Shown: positions 18,627-28,610, counted from the stretch's first letter. The stretch: 64,000 nucleotides of DNA from Candidatus Sumerlaeia bacterium (GCA_033764015.1 JANRJK010000023.1:64001-128000); one strand, 5' to 3'. The notes: generated from the letters alone by a model not told the origin. Translations and numbers: made by a program.

Positions 18627-20354
18627 ATGACGACCCCGAGCCGCATCGCGATGGTTGGGGCCGGACCCGGAGACGTGGGGCTGGTGACGTGCCGGGCCCT
18701 CGAGCTGATCGCCGCCGCCGACGTGCTGGTGGTCGACTCCGTCGTCGGCGAATCGCTCGCGTCGTTCTTCCCGCGCGGGGTCGAGCGCTTCTCGACGCCG
18801 CGGCGCTGCACGGGGTTCGTGCCGCTCCCCGCGGCGGAGGTGGTGCCGCTGCTGGTGTCGCGCTCCCTCGAGGGCAAGCGGGTGGTCCGCGTGAAGTCCA
18901 GCGACCCGCTCTTCTTCGGCTCCGGCTGCGACGAGATCCTCGAGTGCCGCGCGGCGGGCGCCGCGATCGAGATCGTGCCCGGCGTGCCGCGCGTCACCGC
19001 GGGGCCCTCGCTGGCGGGCATCCCGCTCGCGCAGCGCGGCGTCGCCGGCAGCGTGCTGATCCTCCCCGGCAAGATCCGCCACGCCCGCGCCAAGGAGCCC
19101 GCCGCCCCCGAGGCCCCGCACGGGCGCCCCACCACGCACCGCGTCTTCGGCGCCAAGCGCGACGACATCGCGATCAACGAGTCGAGCCGCGTCGAGCTCG
19201 TCGACGACCGCGCGGCGGCGAAGGCCCGCATCCGGCTCGGCCCCGGCGGCTCCGAGGAAACGCACGACTACGACGTGGACAGCTACGCGGTGGACTGGCC
19301 GACGGTCTGCCGCGCCGCGGACACGCTCGTGTTCGAGGGCGTCACCTCCATCGGCGACCTCGAGGACGGCCTGCTCGCCGGCGGGCGCAGCGAATCCGAG
19401 CCCGCGGCCATGATCGCCGCCGCCGCCACCACCGCGCAGCACACCGCCATCGGCACCATCGGGGGCCTCCGAGAACTCTTCGCCCGCGAAAAGCCCCTCG
19501 GCCCGCTCACCGTCGTCGTCGGCGACGTCGTCAGCATCCGGCAGAACCTCTCCGAGTACGAGCAGCGGCCCCTCTTCGGGATGACCTTCGCCATCGCCGG
19601 CGCCATGTCCGACCCGTGGTGCCTCGAGGCGCGCCTCCTCGGCGAGGGCGCCGCCCCCCTCGCGCTCCCCCTGCGCCGCCTCGACGCCCCCCACTCGCTC
19701 AACCAGGTCGTCCAGGAACTCCTCGACGACTTCTCCGCCGCCAACGCGCTCGTGGTCGAATCGGCGGATTCGGCGCGCAACTTGGTCGAGGCGCTGGAAC
19801 GCTCCTGGCTCGACTGGCGGATCCTGCCCCGCGACGCGAAGGTGCTCGCCTGCGGCCAGCCCACCGCCGAAGTGCTCGAGCGCGCCGGCCTGCGCTGCGA
19901 AGCGGTCGAGCGCCACCAGCTCAAGGGCGACTTCGTGATCGAGGAGATCGCCGAGACCCCGCGGCGCCACCGCGTGCTGCTCGCCGGCGGCGCGCCCATG
20001 GACGCCCTCGCGCAGGAACTCGTCGCCCGCGGCCACAAGGCGCTCCACATCCCGGTCTACGAGGAGCAGACGCTGCTGGCGAACGTGCTCACGCTCAAGA
20101 CCCGCCTCGAGCGCGGCACGCTGGACGGCGTCCTGTTCACCACGCCGGAGGAGGTGGCGCTGCTCGAGGAGCACTGGGGCGCCGAGGACTGCCGCGGCCT
20201 GCTCGGCGGCGTCCTCGTGGGCGCCCTCGATATCGCCACCGCCCAGGCCCTCACGCGCATCAAGATCACCGCCCACGTGGTCCCCGCGAAAGCCTCCCAC
20301 GAGGCGCTCGTGCGCGAACTCAGCGCCTTCCGCGCCTCGCCGCCGGCCCCTTAG
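18627..20354 (+). CDS. Uroporphyrinogen-III C-methyltransferase/synthase (CobA-HemD) fusion homolog, divergent
   Basis: VGAGPGD, DPLFFG, AGIPL and linker RPLFG followed by a HemD-like domain; several conserved residues are substituted. Confidence 0.75.
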   Translation: MTTPSRIAMVGAGPGDVGLVTCRALELIAAADVLVVDSVVGESLASFFPRGVERFSTPRRCTGFVPLPAAEVVPLLVSRSLEGKRVVRVKSSDPLFFGSGCDEILECRAAGAAIEIVPGVPRVTAGPSLAGIPLAQRGVAGSVLILPGKIRHARAKEPAAPEAPHGRPTTHRVFGAKRDDIAINESSRVELVDDRAAAKARIRLGPGGSEETHDYDVDSYAVDWPTVCRAADTLVFEGVTSIGDLEDGLLAGGRSESEPAAMIAAAATTAQHTAIGTIGGLRELFAREKPLGPLTVVVGDVVSIRQNLSEYEQRPLFGMTFAIAGAMSDPWCLEARLLGEGAAPLALPLRRLDAPHSLNQVVQELLDDFSAANALVVESADSARNLVEALERSWLDWRILPRDAKVLACGQPTAEVLERAGLRCEAVERHQLKGDFVIEEIAETPRRHRVLLAGGAPMDALAQELVARGHKALHIPVYEEQTLLANVLTLKTRLERGTLDGVLFTTPEEVALLEEHWGAEDCRGLLGGVLVGALDIATAQALTRIKITAHVVPAKASHEALVRELSAFRASPPAP

Positions 20355-20444
20355 CGCCGCCCCCTCCGCCCGCCGGGGTTGAAGCGCGGCGGGGTTCGTG
20401 CGTTCCTCAAGCAGTCCCCGAATCCAAACCACGCGAGTGCATCC

Positions 20445-22271
20445 ATGAGCGACACGCAGCAGAAGCCCAAGGCCCCGGACATGGTCTGGGACCTCAGCAG
20501 CTATTTCCCCGGCATCGAGACCGTCGAGTACGAGCAGTTCATGAAGGACCTGGAATCCCGCATCGCGGCCCGACGCGAGGCCATGGCGGCGATCGGCCCG
20601 CTCACCGCCGCGACGCGTCCCGCATGGATCGCCGCGCTCCTCGCGCTCGAGGAGCTGGCGCCGCGCGCCAGCCACGCATCGTCCTACATCGGCTGCCTCT
20701 CCGCCGCGGACTCCGCCGACGAGGCCGCGGAACGCGAGGATGCGCGCCTCGCGAAGATCTGGGCCGAGTTCGAAAAGGCCGGCCTCCCGCTCGACGAAAT
20801 GCTCCGCACCGCCCCCGACGCGGAGTTCGAGGCCCTGGCCGCGGCGCCGGAGATCGCCGATTCGCAGCACTACCTCCGCCGCGCCCGCTGGTCCGCCCGC
20901 CACAGCATGGACACGGTCCGCGAGTCGCTCGCGTCCGACCTCTCCGTCGACGGGCTCCACGCCTGGGGGCGCCTCTACGAGAAGATCGCCGGCAAGTTAG
21001 AGTTCGAGTTCACCGATGAGGACGGCACCATCCAGAAGCGCCCCATGGCCCAGCGCCGCGGGCTTCTGGAACATGCGAATCCCGCCGTCCGCAAATCGGT
21101 CTTCCAAGGCTCCAACAAGTCCTGGGAGCGGGTGGAGCATGTCGTCGCGTCGTGCCTGAACGCCATCAGCGGAACGCGCCTCACGCTCTACCGCGAGCGC
21201 GGAGTCCCGCACTACCTCGCGCAGGCACTGCACGAATCCGCGATCGAACGCGCCACCCTGGATGCCATGATGGGCGCGATCGAAGAATCCGTCGAGTTGT
21301 CGCGAGGAATCGTCCGCGCGAAGAAGGAGGCGCTCGGGCTCGGAACCTTCGGATTCCAGGACCTCGCCGCGCCGCTACCCGTCAAGTTGAAGGACGAGTT
21401 CACCTGGGACGAGGCGAAGCGCGCGGTCCTCAAGAGCTTCGCCCGCTACCCGCGCCTGCAGGAATACTGCGACCGCGCGTTCCGCAACCGCTGGATCGAA
21501 GCGGAGAAGCGCAACGGCAAGCGCCCCGGCGCCTTCTGCACCTCCTCGTCCCTGATCCGCGAATCGCGCGTCTTCATGACATTCAACGGCACCGTCGGCG
21601 ACGTCATGACGCTCGCCCACGAGCTGGGCCACGCGTTCCACAATGAAGTGATGAAGGACCTGCGCAACATGCGCCGCTACTACCCGATGACGCTGGCGGA
21701 AACAGCCTCCACCTTCGCGGAAGCCATGCTCGTCTCGGAACTGGTGGATTCGCCCGACACCTCCCCGGAGACGAAGGCATACCTGCTCGACGCCGGAATC
21801 ACCCACGGCGCCGCCTTCCTGCTTGATATTCCGATGCGCTTCTACTTCGAGGACGCCCTCTACGCGGAGCGTTCCTCGGGCGAACTCTCCGTCACGCGCA
21901 TCAAGGAGTTGATGGTGGCCGCGCAGAAGCGGAGCTTCGGCGACACCCTCGACGCGGACGGGTTCGATCCCTTCTTCTGGGCGTCGAAGCTGCACTTCTA
22001 TATCACCGGCGTCAGCTTCTACAACTTCCCGTACACCTTCGGCTACCTGTTCAGCCGGGCGCTCAGCGAGCGCTTCCGGGCGGAGGGCCCCTCCTTCGCC
22101 GCCAAGTACGAAGCCGCCCTGGAAGCCACCGGCTCGCGCCCGGCGGAGGAAATCTCCCTGGAAGTCCTCGGCGAGGACATGCGCACACGCGCATTCTGGA
22201 AGCGCGTAGTGGATAGCCACGCTCGCGATTTGGGAACCTATCGCGACGTTGTTGCCTCACTCAAGAAGTAG
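20445..22271 (+). CDS. M3 family oligoendopeptidase (PepF-like)
   Basis: WDLSSYF, KRPGAFC, zinc motif HELGH, AETAST and FYNFPYTFG. Confidence 0.93.
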   Translation: MSDTQQKPKAPDMVWDLSSYFPGIETVEYEQFMKDLESRIAARREAMAAIGPLTAATRPAWIAALLALEELAPRASHASSYIGCLSAADSADEAAEREDARLAKIWAEFEKAGLPLDEMLRTAPDAEFEALAAAPEIADSQHYLRRARWSARHSMDTVRESLASDLSVDGLHAWGRLYEKIAGKLEFEFTDEDGTIQKRPMAQRRGLLEHANPAVRKSVFQGSNKSWERVEHVVASCLNAISGTRLTLYRERGVPHYLAQALHESAIERATLDAMMGAIEESVELSRGIVRAKKEALGLGTFGFQDLAAPLPVKLKDEFTWDEAKRAVLKSFARYPRLQEYCDRAFRNRWIEAEKRNGKRPGAFCTSSSLIRESRVFMTFNGTVGDVMTLAHELGHAFHNEVMKDLRNMRRYYPMTLAETASTFAEAMLVSELVDSPDTSPETKAYLLDAGITHGAAFLLDIPMRFYFEDALYAERSSGELSVTRIKELMVAAQKRSFGDTLDADGFDPFFWASKLHFYITGVSFYNFPYTFGYLFSRALSERFRAEGPSFAAKYEAALEATGSRPAEEISLEVLGEDMRTRAFWKRVVDSHARDLGTYRDVVASLKK

Positions 22272-22286
22272 CCTTGGTATCGCAAA

Positions 22287-22343
22287 GGGGCTCGAAGCGT
22301 TGGTGGGTTATCCACCGCTTCGAGCCCCGCGCATTTTCTTCTT
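22287..22343 (+). terminator. Terminator-like hairpin after the oligoendopeptidase gene
   Basis: ggggctcgaagc / gcttcgagcccc 12-bp stem followed by a T-rich tract (ttttcttctt). Confidence 0.6.
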
Positions 22344-22432
22344 GCATCAGCGGCATCCATCTTCTCCTACTCATCCGGAACGCGCGAGAACACCACCACC
22401 CGGCGCGCAAAACCCACGAAAGGCGACTTGCC

Positions 22433-22897
22433 ATGAGCGCCACCCTGGCCCCCGAAATCGAGGCACGGCTCAAAGACCTCGAGCAGGAATACGAAGCCCG
22501 CCGCCAGCAAATCCTTCAAGCCAGCATCGCACCCCTTCGCGAGCAGCTCAAGCACATCGAGCACCAGATCGCGGAACTTACGAATAAGCGTAATGAAATC
22601 CAAGGCACCATCGACCGCATGACGGGCAACAAGACCGCCGCCGCCAAGACCGCCGGTGTGAAGAAGGCCCGCCGCCCCATCCTCCGCTTCGAGCAGAAGC
22701 GCGAGAAGATCGCCCAGATCTTCCGCGAGGAAAGCGTCAGCCACGGATTCCCCCTCAAGGCCATCGCCAAGCGCATGCAGCGCGAAGCCAACCTCACCCC
22801 CGCCGACCTCAGCCCCCGCGAAATCAACAAGTTCCTCCCCGAGGGTTTCGTCGTCGAAGGCTCCGGCCGCCAGAAGACCATCGCGCGCCACACCTGA
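22433..22897 (+). CDS. Hypothetical protein: N-terminal coiled coil, Lys/Ala linker, basic C-terminal domain (possible nucleoid-associated protein)
   Basis: Heptad-like LKDLEQEYEARRQQILQ..LREQLKHIEHQIAELTNKRNEIQ, linker KTAAAKTAGVKKARR; own terminator; strong C-ending codon bias. Confidence 0.75.
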   Translation: MSATLAPEIEARLKDLEQEYEARRQQILQASIAPLREQLKHIEHQIAELTNKRNEIQGTIDRMTGNKTAAAKTAGVKKARRPILRFEQKREKIAQIFREESVSHGFPLKAIAKRMQREANLTPADLSPREINKFLPEGFVVEGSGRQKTIARHT

Positions 22898-22933
22898 TCG
22901 CCAGCGCACCGCCAAAGTCGCTACTGATACAAC

Positions 22934-22970
22934 GAACCGCCGGCGCTCACACGCCGGCGGTTCCGTTTTT
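22934..22970 (+). terminator. Intrinsic terminator
   Basis: gaaccgccggcg-ctcaca-cgccggcggttc followed by cgttttt. Confidence 0.8.
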
Positions 22971-22996
22971 CGAATCAACGCCCATCAAGGTTTTGC

Positions 22997-23827
22997 CTAA
23001 TCAGTGCGAAGAATCGTGACGGACCGGCTCGCCGCTTCTTCCAACGCAGCATCGGTGATCCGTACACCACGCCCCAGCACAAGTTGCCGCTTACCTTGCT
23101 GGAAAGCTGCGACAACATCTTCCGCAGTGACAAATCCGGAAGAGGGCTTTAGGGTTGTCGAAGGATGATGCTGTTGGGTTTGCGTTTCCTCAAGACTAGG
23201 TGCTCCGGTCCCCAACCGCCGCGTCGCGAGACCGAACAGCTCCGCCGGATGGGGGCGGTACTCGAGCCCCCAGCTCGACAAGACATCCAGATCGCGCTGG
23301 GCGAGCGCCCCCAAGCTGTTCTCGCCCCGCCGCATCGCAGGGGGCATCGACGCGGGCCAGTCGGCGAACACGTAGTCTCCGCCGGCGGCGAAGGTCGGGA
23401 GTCCGTTCGCCAACGATTCCGTAAGCAGCAGCGACGGCACGCCGTCCGCCAGTCCGCGGGCGGCCTTCGCGAAGGTCGACAGGCGCGGCAGCAGGACCAC
23501 CAGCCCCGCGGCGTCTTCGAGGAGCTTGCGCGCGGCCAGCAGCCCCGGCGCGAACAGCGGGGGCAGCGGCAGTTCCAGCGCTTCCACCTCGCGGGGATCG
23601 AACCGCTCGTTGTAGCAGGAGGGGATCAGGAGCTGCGTGGGGGTTTCCGCCGCGAGCGCCCGGACCAGCGCCAGCGCTTCCGGCTGGTGGCTGCGTCCGC
23701 CGAGCAGTAGGACGAGCAAAGGCTTCGGCGGCGCCGGTTCCGCCTCGCCGCGCAACAGCCGCTCGAGCGTCTCGCGGACGAGGCGCTCGATCAGGCGCCG
23801 GGTGTCGGCGTCGGTGGAGCCGCTCAA
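22997..23827 (-). CDS. Microcompartment-locus-type flavoprotein homolog (HFCD/PF02441-like) with encapsulation-peptide-like N-terminus
   Basis: TTG start overlaps the upstream stop; DTRRLIERLVRETLERLL; STFAKAARGLADGVPSLLL; C-terminal FVTAEDV..LVLGRGVRITDAALEEA. Assignment by motif recall. Confidence 0.6.
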   Translation of the reverse strand: MSGSTDADTRRLIERLVRETLERLLRGEAEPAPPKPLLVLLLGGRSHQPEALALVRALAAETPTQLLIPSCYNERFDPREVEALELPLPPLFAPGLLAARKLLEDAAGLVVLLPRLSTFAKAARGLADGVPSLLLTESLANGLPTFAAGGDYVFADWPASMPPAMRRGENSLGALAQRDLDVLSSWGLEYRPHPAELFGLATRRLGTGAPSLEETQTQQHHPSTTLKPSSGFVTAEDVVAAFQQGKRQLVLGRGVRITDAALEEAASRSVTILRTD

Positions 23828-24060
23828 TACACGATCACCGCGGGGGAGGCCGGCGGCACATAGCGCGTGGGCTCCATCGGCGCGGCCGGGGCGCGCTGCG
23901 GGGCGCGGACCGATTGCTCGGGGACGCCCTCCGGGCTCAGCTCGTACGCCCGGTACGCCGCGCCGCGCCACACGTGGAACATCGCTCCGAAGAAGAGGGC
24001 CGACCCCACCACCAGGTAGGCCACGGCGACACGGTTCGCGTAGCGTTCGGTGGTCAGCAT
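23824..24060 (-). CDS. Small single-TM membrane protein
   Basis: 78 aa with one hydrophobic helix; packed 4 nt after accC and overlapping the next gene. Confidence 0.6.
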   Translation of the reverse strand: MLTTERYANRVAVAYLVVGSALFFGAMFHVWRGAAYRAYELSPEGVPEQSVRAPQRAPAAPMEPTRYVPPASPAVIVY

Positions 24061-24064
24061 GGCG

Positions 24065-25411
24065 TCAGGCCCCGTCCTTCCACTTCTCGAGGAAATCGGT
24101 GCCGAAGTCCCCCTTCAGCCACAACGGGTTGCGCATGACTTCCATGTGGAAGGGGGCCGTGGTCTTGATGCCCTCGACCACCAGCTCGTTGAGCGCGCGG
24201 TGCATGCGGGCGCTCGCCTTGTTCCGGTCCTCGTCCCAGACGATCAGCTTCGCGACCATCGAGTCGTAGAAGGGCGGGATCACATAGCCGGGGTAGCAGT
24301 GCGTGTCCACCCGCACCCCCGGGCCGCCGGGGGGGACGTAGTCCGTGAGCTTGCCGGGGCACGGCATGAAGTTCTTCGCGGGGTCCTCGGCGTTGATGCG
24401 GCACTCGATCGCGTGGCCGCGGATCGTGATGTCGTCCTGCTTGAAGGCGAGCTTCTCGCCCATGGCCACCAGGATCTGCCACCGCACCAGGTCGACGCTG
24501 GTGATCATCTCGGTGACTGGATGCTCCACCTGGATGCGGGTGTTCATTTCCATGAAGTAGAATTCGCCGCTCTTATCGAGCAGGAACTCGACGGTCCCGG
24601 CGCCGCGGTAGTCCACTTGGCGCGCGGCGCGGACGGCGGCCTCGCCCATGCGGCGGCGCAGCTCCGGCGTGACGACGCTGCTGGGGCCTTCCTCGACGAG
24701 TTTCTGGTGGCGGCGCTGCACGGAGCACTCGCGCTCGCCCAGGTAGACGATGTTGCCGTGGTTGTCGCCGAGCACCTGCACTTCGACGTGCTTGGGCGAG
24801 ATGATGCACTTCTCGACGTAGACGTCGGGATTGCCGAAGGCGGCGCCCGCCTCCGTCTGCGCGGTCTGGAGCATCTGCGCGAAGGACCTCTCGTCCTTGG
24901 CGATGCGCATGCCGCGCCCGCCGCCGCCGGCGGTGGCCTTGATCATCACGGGGAAGCCGATCTTGCGGGCGCGTTCGAGGCCCTCCGCGGCGTCCTTCAG
25001 GATGCCCTTGGTGCCCGGAACCACGGGGCACTGCGCCGCGATGGCCGTCTCGCGGGCGGTGGCCTTGTCGCCCATCAACTCGATCGAGCGCGGCATCGGC
25101 CCGATGAAGACGATGTTGTTGTCGGCGCAGGCGCGGGCGAAGTCGGCCTTCTCCGAGAGGAAGCCGTAGCCCGGGTGGATCGCGTCGGCGCCGGTGATCT
25201 CCGCGGCGGCGATGATCCGCGCGGGCACCAGGTAGCTGTAGACGCTTTGCGGCGGGCCGATGCAGACCGCCTCGTCGGCGGCGTGCACATGCAGCGACTC
25301 CGCGTCGGCGGTCGAATACACCGCGACGGTCTGGAGGCCGAGTTCCTTGCAGGCGCGGATCACGCGGAGCGCGATCTCGCCCCGGTTCGCGACGAGTACC
25401 TTCTTGATCAT
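24065..25411 (-). CDS. accC: Acetyl-CoA carboxylase biotin carboxylase subunit
   Basis: [42 protein letters not shown] and [10 protein letters not shown]. Confidence 0.97.
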   Translation of the reverse strand: MIKKVLVANRGEIALRVIRACKELGLQTVAVYSTADAESLHVHAADEAVCIGPPQSVYSYLVPARIIAAAEITGADAIHPGYGFLSEKADFARACADNNIVFIGPMPRSIELMGDKATARETAIAAQCPVVPGTKGILKDAAEGLERARKIGFPVMIKATAGGGGRGMRIAKDERSFAQMLQTAQTEAGAAFGNPDVYVEKCIISPKHVEVQVLGDNHGNIVYLGERECSVQRRHQKLVEEGPSSVVTPELRRRMGEAAVRAARQVDYRGAGTVEFLLDKSGEFYFMEMNTRIQVEHPVTEMITSVDLVRWQILVAMGEKLAFKQDDITIRGHAIECRINAEDPAKNFMPCPGKLTDYVPPGGPGVRVDTHCYPGYVIPPFYDSMVAKLIVWDEDRNKASARMHRALNELVVEGIKTTAPFHMEVMRNPLWLKGDFGTDFLEKWKDGA

Positions 25412-25434
25412 TGGGCGGTCCGTCCCGTGGGGGC

Positions 25435-25989
<555 letters not shown>

Positions 25990-26134
25990 GTGGCGGGGAA
26001 CCTCTGCGCGGGGCGTTGTCCCGCACGCGCGGCGGACGCCGCGGGGCGCGCCGCCCGGACGCGCGGGACCGCTTTGGATTCCTAACGGTGCCCGCCAACG
26101 GCGCCGAGGGGTCAAGGAGTTACGCCCCCGCGCG

Positions 26135-27394
26135 CTACAGCCCGGGCTTCTCCACCGCCTCCAGCGAGTCGAGGCTCCGCCGCCCCGTCCTCGCCTTCCA
26201 GGCCGCCACCCGCTCGTCCCAGTAGAACTCCTTCCACAGCACCCGCAGGATCGCCGCCAGCGGCACCGCCACGATCATACCCATCAGCCCGAAGCTGGCG
26301 CCCGCGAACAGCGCCAGGATCACCACCACGGGATGCAGCTGCGCCGACTTGCCGACGATCTTCGGCTGGAAGATCCACCCGTCGATCTGCTGGATCACGA
26401 TGAAGAGCCCCAGCGCCGCCCCCGACCAAGCCAGCTTGTCGTTCAGCGTCTGGTGGTCGTCCGAAAGGAGCATGTACAGCACCGCCGGCGCCCCCGCCAG
26501 CACCGGGCCGAGGTACGGGATCAGGTTGCCCACGATCGCCACCACCCCGATCAGCACCGCGTAGCGCCCCATGCCGAGCGCCGTCAGCCCCGCCATCACC
26601 AGCAGCCCCACCAGCACCGCCGAGATCAGTTGCCCGCGCAGGAACCCGCCCACCGCCCCGTCGCACTTCTCCAGCACGTGGAACGTACGCGCCGCGTGCC
26701 GCTCCGGGATCATCACCTCCATGGTGCTGCGGAACTTCCCGAAGTCGACGATCAGGTAGAAGCTGATCAGGACCACGAAGACCAGGAACGTCGCCGAGGC
26801 GATGGTGCCGGAGATGGCGGTCCAAAGGCCGCCCAGCACCATGCCGAGGAACTCGACGCCGCCGCTCGCCGCCTTCTGCGCCGCCTGCTGCACGTCCCCG
26901 CTCTGCGCGGCGCGCTCCAGCAGCGCCTTGTAGTCCACACCGTGGCGCACCAGCAGCTCGTTCAGCCGCGGCCACACCTCGTCCGGAGGGATGCCGCGCG
27001 ACTCCAGGAACTCGTTCGCGCGCGCCGGGAGCGTCTCCGTGATCCCCGTCACGGCGGCCTGCGTCTGCTTGTAGAGGATCGGCACCACCAGCCCCAGGAA
27101 GGTCCCCACCGCCAGCGCGGAGATCAGGTAGAACACCAGCAGCGCGCCGGTCCGCTGCAGCCGCAGCCGCACCGCCAGGAACGTCACGACCGGATTCAGG
27201 ATGTACGCGATCACCACCGCGACCAGGAACGGCAGCACCAGGTTGATGGCGAAGCGCAGCAGCGGCCACAGCGCGATCAGCGCCAGCACGGAGCCGGCGG
27301 CGATCAGCATGTAGCCGATCGTCAGCGCCACGCCGCGCAGCTTCGGATCGAGCGCCACGTAAGTCGTCGGTTGCTGCGGAGCGGGATTCTCCAT
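26135..27394 (-). CDS. AI-2E family transporter (PerM/YhhT-like)
   Basis: AYILNPVV, GFLRGQL, NLIPYLGP, PKIVGK and LHPVVVILAL motifs; multi-TM. Confidence 0.9.
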   Translation of the reverse strand: MENPAPQQPTTYVALDPKLRGVALTIGYMLIAAGSVLALIALWPLLRFAINLVLPFLVAVVIAYILNPVVTFLAVRLRLQRTGALLVFYLISALAVGTFLGLVVPILYKQTQAAVTGITETLPARANEFLESRGIPPDEVWPRLNELLVRHGVDYKALLERAAQSGDVQQAAQKAASGGVEFLGMVLGGLWTAISGTIASATFLVFVVLISFYLIVDFGKFRSTMEVMIPERHAARTFHVLEKCDGAVGGFLRGQLISAVLVGLLVMAGLTALGMGRYAVLIGVVAIVGNLIPYLGPVLAGAPAVLYMLLSDDHQTLNDKLAWSGAALGLFIVIQQIDGWIFQPKIVGKSAQLHPVVVILALFAGASFGLMGMIVAVPLAAILRVLWKEFYWDERVAAWKARTGRRSLDSLEAVEKPGL

Positions 27395-27417
27395 CGATCC
27401 GCCTCCTGGGTCGGGTC

Positions 27418-27454
27418 GCGTTGAATACCCCCTTGCCGCGGCGGTATTCAACGC
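27418..27454. promoter_or_regulatory. Perfect 12-bp inverted repeat in a divergent intergenic region (candidate operator)
   Basis: gcgttgaatacc-N13-ggtattcaacgc. Confidence 0.45.
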
Positions 27455-27515
27455 AAGGGCCCAAGGGGCGCGCCCCGCCCCCACTGGCTCAACCCGTTTC
27501 CGGAAGGACCCCGCC

Positions 27516-27683
27516 ATGAAGCGCTACAAGTTCGTCTGCACCATCGACCTCGGCGACGTGCTCCTGCAGGCGGTCCTGTGGGCGCTCCTGATCTTCGTGA
27601 CCTGCGGCCTGGCGGCGCCGCTCTTCGGCTACTACTTCGTCCGGCTGCTGATCAACCACACCGAGATGCACGAGATCGCCTGA
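27516..27683 (+). CDS. 55-aa membrane protein (DUF6693/YjgN-like motif)
   Basis: Below the ORF-track cutoff; AAGGA SD; MKRYKFVCTIDLGDVLLQAVLWALLIFVTCGLAAPLFGYYFVRLLINHTEMHEIA*; typical high-GC3 codons. Confidence 0.8.
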   Translation: MKRYKFVCTIDLGDVLLQAVLWALLIFVTCGLAAPLFGYYFVRLLINHTEMHEIA

Positions 27684-27703
27684 CCCCGCTCCCGGGGCCC
27701 GGG

Positions 27704-28504
27704 CTAGCGTAGCAGCTCGTTCAGCTCCACCTTCGCGTCGGTCCGCGGATCGCGGTACTTCTTGACGACCAGCGCGTAGGTCGACACGCGCGAGCCCTCC
27801 GCCGCGTAGGCGCCCGGCACCACCACCGCCCCCGCCGGCACCTCGCCCCGGAACGTCCCGCCCCCCGCCTCGTCGATGATCCGCGTCGAGCGCGTCGCGT
27901 GGCACCCCGGCGCCAGCACCGCGCCCTCCCCGACGTGCACGCCCTCCAGCACCGAGCTGTTCGCGCCGACGAACGCGCGGTCCTCGATGATCACCGGGTC
28001 CGCGTTCAGCGGCTCGAGCACGCCGCCGACCACGACGCCGGCGCTCACATGGCAGTCCGCGCCCACCTGCGCGCAGCTCCCCACGGTGGCGAAGCTGTCG
28101 ATCATCGTCCGCGCGCCGACATAGGCCCCGATGTTCACGAAGCACGGCATCAGGATCGCGCCCGGCGCGATGTGGGCGCCCTCCCGGACCACCGTCGGCG
28201 GCACCACCCGCACGCCCCGCCGCTGCCAGTCGTCCAGCAGCCGGATCTTGTCGTGGAACTGCAGCGGTCCCGCGTTGGTCACGCGCATCGGCGCGGTGCG
28301 GAAGTACAGCAGCACCGCCTTGCGCACCCAGTCGCGCACCTCCCAGCCCCCCGCGCCCTTCTCCGCGACGCGTAGTTCGCCGCTCTCCAGCAGGCGCAGC
28401 ACGCGGTCGATCGACTGCCCCAGCCCCGGGTCGGGGGCGCCCGCCCCGCGGGTGTTCCAGGCGGCCGCCACGGCCGCCTCCAGCTCGGCGGTTTCCTGCG
28501 TCAT
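27704..28504 (-). CDS. dapD: 2,3,4,5-tetrahydropyridine-2,6-dicarboxylate N-succinyltransferase
   Basis: LRVAEK, WVRKAVLLYF, GVRVVPP, VNIGAYV, ATVGSCAQVG and GGVLEP. Confidence 0.95.
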   Translation of the reverse strand: MTQETAELEAAVAAAWNTRGAGAPDPGLGQSIDRVLRLLESGELRVAEKGAGGWEVRDWVRKAVLLYFRTAPMRVTNAGPLQFHDKIRLLDDWQRRGVRVVPPTVVREGAHIAPGAILMPCFVNIGAYVGARTMIDSFATVGSCAQVGADCHVSAGVVVGGVLEPLNADPVIIEDRAFVGANSSVLEGVHVGEGAVLAPGCHATRSTRIIDEAGGGTFRGEVPAGAVVVPGAYAAEGSRVSTYALVVKKYRDPRTDAKVELNELLR

Positions 28505-28610
28505 GTCGTTCTTGCCAGCGGCGTGGGATCGTGCGCTACGGTGGATTACTAACAATCGGCGGCCCGCAGCGCAGCAACGGCGGACACACCGCGTCAATGC
28601 GAGGAGCACC

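Noticed and set aside
16011..21019. Very long ORFs (1649 aa on minus, 1666 aa on plus) overlapping the kinase, CobA-HemD and peptidase genes
   Set aside because: Shadow frames of high-GC coding DNA: Arg/Gly/Ala/Pro-rich or antisense mirror translations with no motifs, fully overlapping well-supported genes. The same applies to most other alternative ORFs in the track, such as 58044-61610, 54436-57360 and 48377-51439.
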